A stretch of 63,378 bases of DNA, the filler included, from Octopus bimaculoides (lineage: Eukaryota): the NCBI RefSeq assembly GCF_001194135.2. It is 5 parts of 5 records of this genome, joined end to end, with 100 filler letters (N's around TTAATTAATTAA, not from the genome) between each part and the next. Parts side by side here need not be neighbours in the genome. Positions count along the whole stretch, not along the records: positions 57,469 to 63,378 come from NC_068983.1; 4 more parts are not named here. One strand, 5' to 3'. Below, one piece after another: positions 60,618-63,378 of this stretch. Position 1 is the stretch's first letter, and each line of letters begins with the position of its first letter. The translations under genes were made by a program, and so were the position numbers. A model generated the notes under the pieces. The model saw only the letters and a list, made by a program, of their open reading frames with translations, was not told the origin of the DNA and made no database searches.

Positions 60618-62279
60618 ATGGCTAGATCTTCACACGTGGTCCATTTGCCTCTAATAGCAGGCAAGGAGACTGACCATCAAGTCGTTCCACATGAACGAAC
60701 ACAAGACGTAGAGACCAGGAATGCTGCGTTTACTACTACTGCCTTCACCACCTCCACTACCACCATTACGACCGCCACCAACGACAACAAAACCAAAACC
60801 ACTACTGCCACCGACATCGCAGCCACCACTACCACCAAGAACAACAATAACAAAAAGAACAACAACAACTCCACTCCTCTTTTGTTCCTTTCACCACAGA
60901 CAACGGAAAGAGAGAAAGAGAAGAGCATGATCGCCAAACAATTTGCTCAAATACGCCTGAACGCCGAAAAAAATTATGAGAAAAATTTCCCGTCACTTCG
61001 TAACTCATGTGAAGGTCNNNNNNNNNNNNNNNNNNNNNNNNNNNNNNNNNNNNNNNNNNNNNNNNNNNNNNNNNNNNNNNNNNNNNNNNNNNNNNNNNNN
61101 NNNNNNNNNNNNNNNNNNNNNNNNNNNNNNNNNNNNNNNNNNNNNNNNNNNNNNNNNNNNNNNNNNNNNNNNNNNNNNNNNNNNNNNNNNNNNNNNNNNN
61201 NNNNNNNNNNNNNNNNNNNNNNNNNNNNNNNNNNNNNNNNNNNNNNNNNNNNNNNNNNNNNNNNNNNNNNNNNNNNNNNNNNNNNNNNNNNNNNNNNNNN
61301 NNNNNNNNNNNNNNNNNNNNNNNNNNNNNNNNNNNNNNNNNNNNNNNNNNNNNNNNNNNNNNNNNNNNNNNNNNNNNNNNNNNNNNNNNNNNNNNNNNNN
61401 NNNNNNNNNNNNNNNNNNNNNNNNNNNNNNNNNNNNNNNNNNNNNNNNNNNNNNNNNNNNNNNNNNNNNNNNNNNNNNNNNNNNNNNNNNNNNNNNNNNN
61501 NNNNNNNNNNNNNNNNNNNNNNNNNNNNNNNNNNNNNNNNNNNNNNNNNNNNNNNNNNNNNNNNNNNNNNNNNNNNNNNNNNNNNNNNNNNNNNNNNNNN
61601 NNNNNNNNNNNNNNNNNNNNNNNNNNNNNNNNNNNNNNNNNNNNNNNNNNNNNNNNNNNNNNNNNNNNNNNNNNNNNNNNNNNNNNNNNNNNNNNNNNNN
61701 NNNNNNNNNNNNNNNNNNNNNNNNNNNNNNNNNNNNNNTAACATCAGCCGTATGTGTCGATATGGAGGAAGTTGACATATTACAAATTAATGTTTCTGAA
61801 AAGCAACAGTGGGTGGGTAAAAAAATGGAGATCCTCCTCCATATTACCCAGGAGTCACTAAATAAAATACCTACCTACATAAAGTTACCATCAACGCAAA
61901 GGCTGTATGTAGTGGTGGAAGGCAGACGACCACGCTGTTACATATGTGGCAGTGAAGCTCACTTCCAAAAGGATTGCAATTCTGCCGCGAAACAACAGCA
62001 ACCACAACAACAGCAGCCACGGGAAAACCAAAAACCGAAAACACCAGCATTATTACCCACACCACCGTATGCACAACTAATGAAGCAGCTATATGCGAAA
62101 ACGAAAGAACGGCAACAACGAACAAACCAACCCAACCAAACAACACCACCGCCTGAGCCAAAAACAGAAACAACACCACCAACAACAACTAAAGACAGAC
62201 CAACACCAACATCAAGGACAACAACCAAGAAGACAACCACTGAGAACGAAAATAACAAGCAACCAACACCAACAAAAAC
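60618..62279 (+). CDS. LINE ORF1 (gag-like), gapped; zinc knuckle CYICGSEAHFQKDC at 61936-61977
   Basis: CX2CX4HX4C preceded by LYVVVEGRRPRC and followed by a Q/P/T-rich linker; frame continuity across the N gap cannot be known. Confidence 0.8.
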
Positions 62280-63120
62280 NNNNNNNNNNNNNNNNNNNNN
62301 NNNNNNNNNNNNNNNNNNNNNNNNNNNNNNNNNNNNNNNNNNNNNNNNNNNNNNNNNNNNNNNNNNNNNNNNNNNNNNNNNNNNNNNNNNNNNNNNNNNN
62401 NNNNNNNNNNNNNNNNNNNNNNNNNNNNNNNNNNNNNNNNNNNNNNNNNNNNNNNNNNNNNNNNNNNNNNNNNNNNNNNNNNNNNNNNNNNNNNNNNNNN
62501 NNNNNNNNNNNNNNNNNNNNNNNNNNNNNNNNNNNNNNNNNNNNNNNNNNNNNNNNNNNNNNNNNNNNNNNNNNNNNNNNNNNNNNNNNNNNNNNNNNNN
62601 NNNNNNNNNNNNNNNNNNNNNNNNNNNNNNNNNNNNNNNNNNNNNNNNNNNNNNNNNNNNNNNNNNNNNNNNNNNNNNNNNNNNNNNNNNNNNNNNNNNN
62701 NNNNNNNNNNNNNNNNNNNNNNNNNNNNNNNNNNNNNNNNNNNNNNNNNNNNNNNNNNNNNNNNNNNNNNNNNNNNNNNNNNNNNNNNNNNNNNNNNNNN
62801 NNNNNNNNNNNNNNNNNNNNNNNNNNNNNNNNNNNNNNNNNNNNNNNNNNNNNNNNNNNNNNNNNNNNNNNNNNNNNNNNNNNNNNNNNNNNNNNNNNNN
62901 NNNNNNNNNNNNNNNNNNNNNNNNNNNNNNNNNNNNNNNNNNNNNNNNNNNNNNNNNNNNNNNNNNNNNNNNNNNNNNNNNNNNNNNNNNNNNNNNNNNN
63001 NNNNNNNNNNNNNNNNNNNNNNNNNNNNNNNNNNNNNNNNNNNNNNNNNNNNNNNNNNNNNNNNNNNNNNNNNNNNNNNNNNNNNNNNNNNNNNNNNNNN
63101 NNNNNNNNNNNNNNNNNNNN

Positions 63121-63378
63121 GGAATGTCTCGTCCTTTACTTTTAGTGGGGGATTGGAATGTGGGCAGAGATAGGAATAGACGGGGATGCAAATGCCTCAA
63201 AGACCTGCTCAGACGCTTTCAACTGTCTGACAGGTACCGACTCTACCACCCGAATGCGCCAATGTGGACATAGACAAACCGCATCGGGTCGTCGAGATCG
63301 TATCTAGATAGAGTACTGTGTAGGAGAGTAGATAGAGATAGCATAGGGTGTCCGCAATTTCACATAGTCAGCTACACG
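63121..63378 (+). pseudogene. LINE ORF2 APE endonuclease fragment with an in-frame TAG (63271-63273)
   Basis: LLLVGDWN, LSDRYRLYHP...WT*TN, SRSYLDRVL and ...SYT(DH expected beyond the window) are APE motifs. Confidence 0.88.

Larger units (their letters stand above)
60400..63378 (+). mobile_element. L1/Tx1-type LINE, 5' part, running off the window
   Basis: 5' UTR after (TATC)n, ORF from ATG 60618, CCHC knuckle, then APE endonuclease; two large gaps. Confidence 0.88.

Overview
Eukaryotic, gapped draft-assembly sequence (many N runs, four 100-bp gaps with a TTAATTAATTAA spacer), almost entirely repetitive. The microsatellite load and tRNA-headed CORE-like SINE families suggest a coleoid cephalopod, probably Octopus; this is pattern recognition, not a database result. 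No intact host gene is recognisable, and nearly all ORFs in the track are simple-repeat or N-gap artefacts. The only recognisable proteins are decayed transposon products: an L1/Tx1-type LINE (ORF1 CCHC knuckle plus APE endonuclease, 60.6-63.4 kb), R4/Dong-like RLE LINEs, RTE reverse transcriptase remnants, a Gypsy integrase, mariner and Tigger transposases, a Helitron RepHel N-terminus and a Penelope-like GIY-YIG tail. Most notable observations: (1) a tRNA-promoter SINE whose 3' part carries a minimal Penelope-type hammerhead ribozyme (21005-21306, minus), with a second hammerhead of the same architecture at 58880-58913; (2) a 2.45-kb Mutator/Foldback-like element with a 9-bp TSD whose inverted arms are built from tandem SINE 3' tails and which carries a LINE ORF1 fragment (29184-31633); (3) a palindromic Merlin-like MITE with an 8-bp TSD (32646-33332). 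Two weak candidate exons lie on the minus strand. Boundaries of decayed repeats are approximate.
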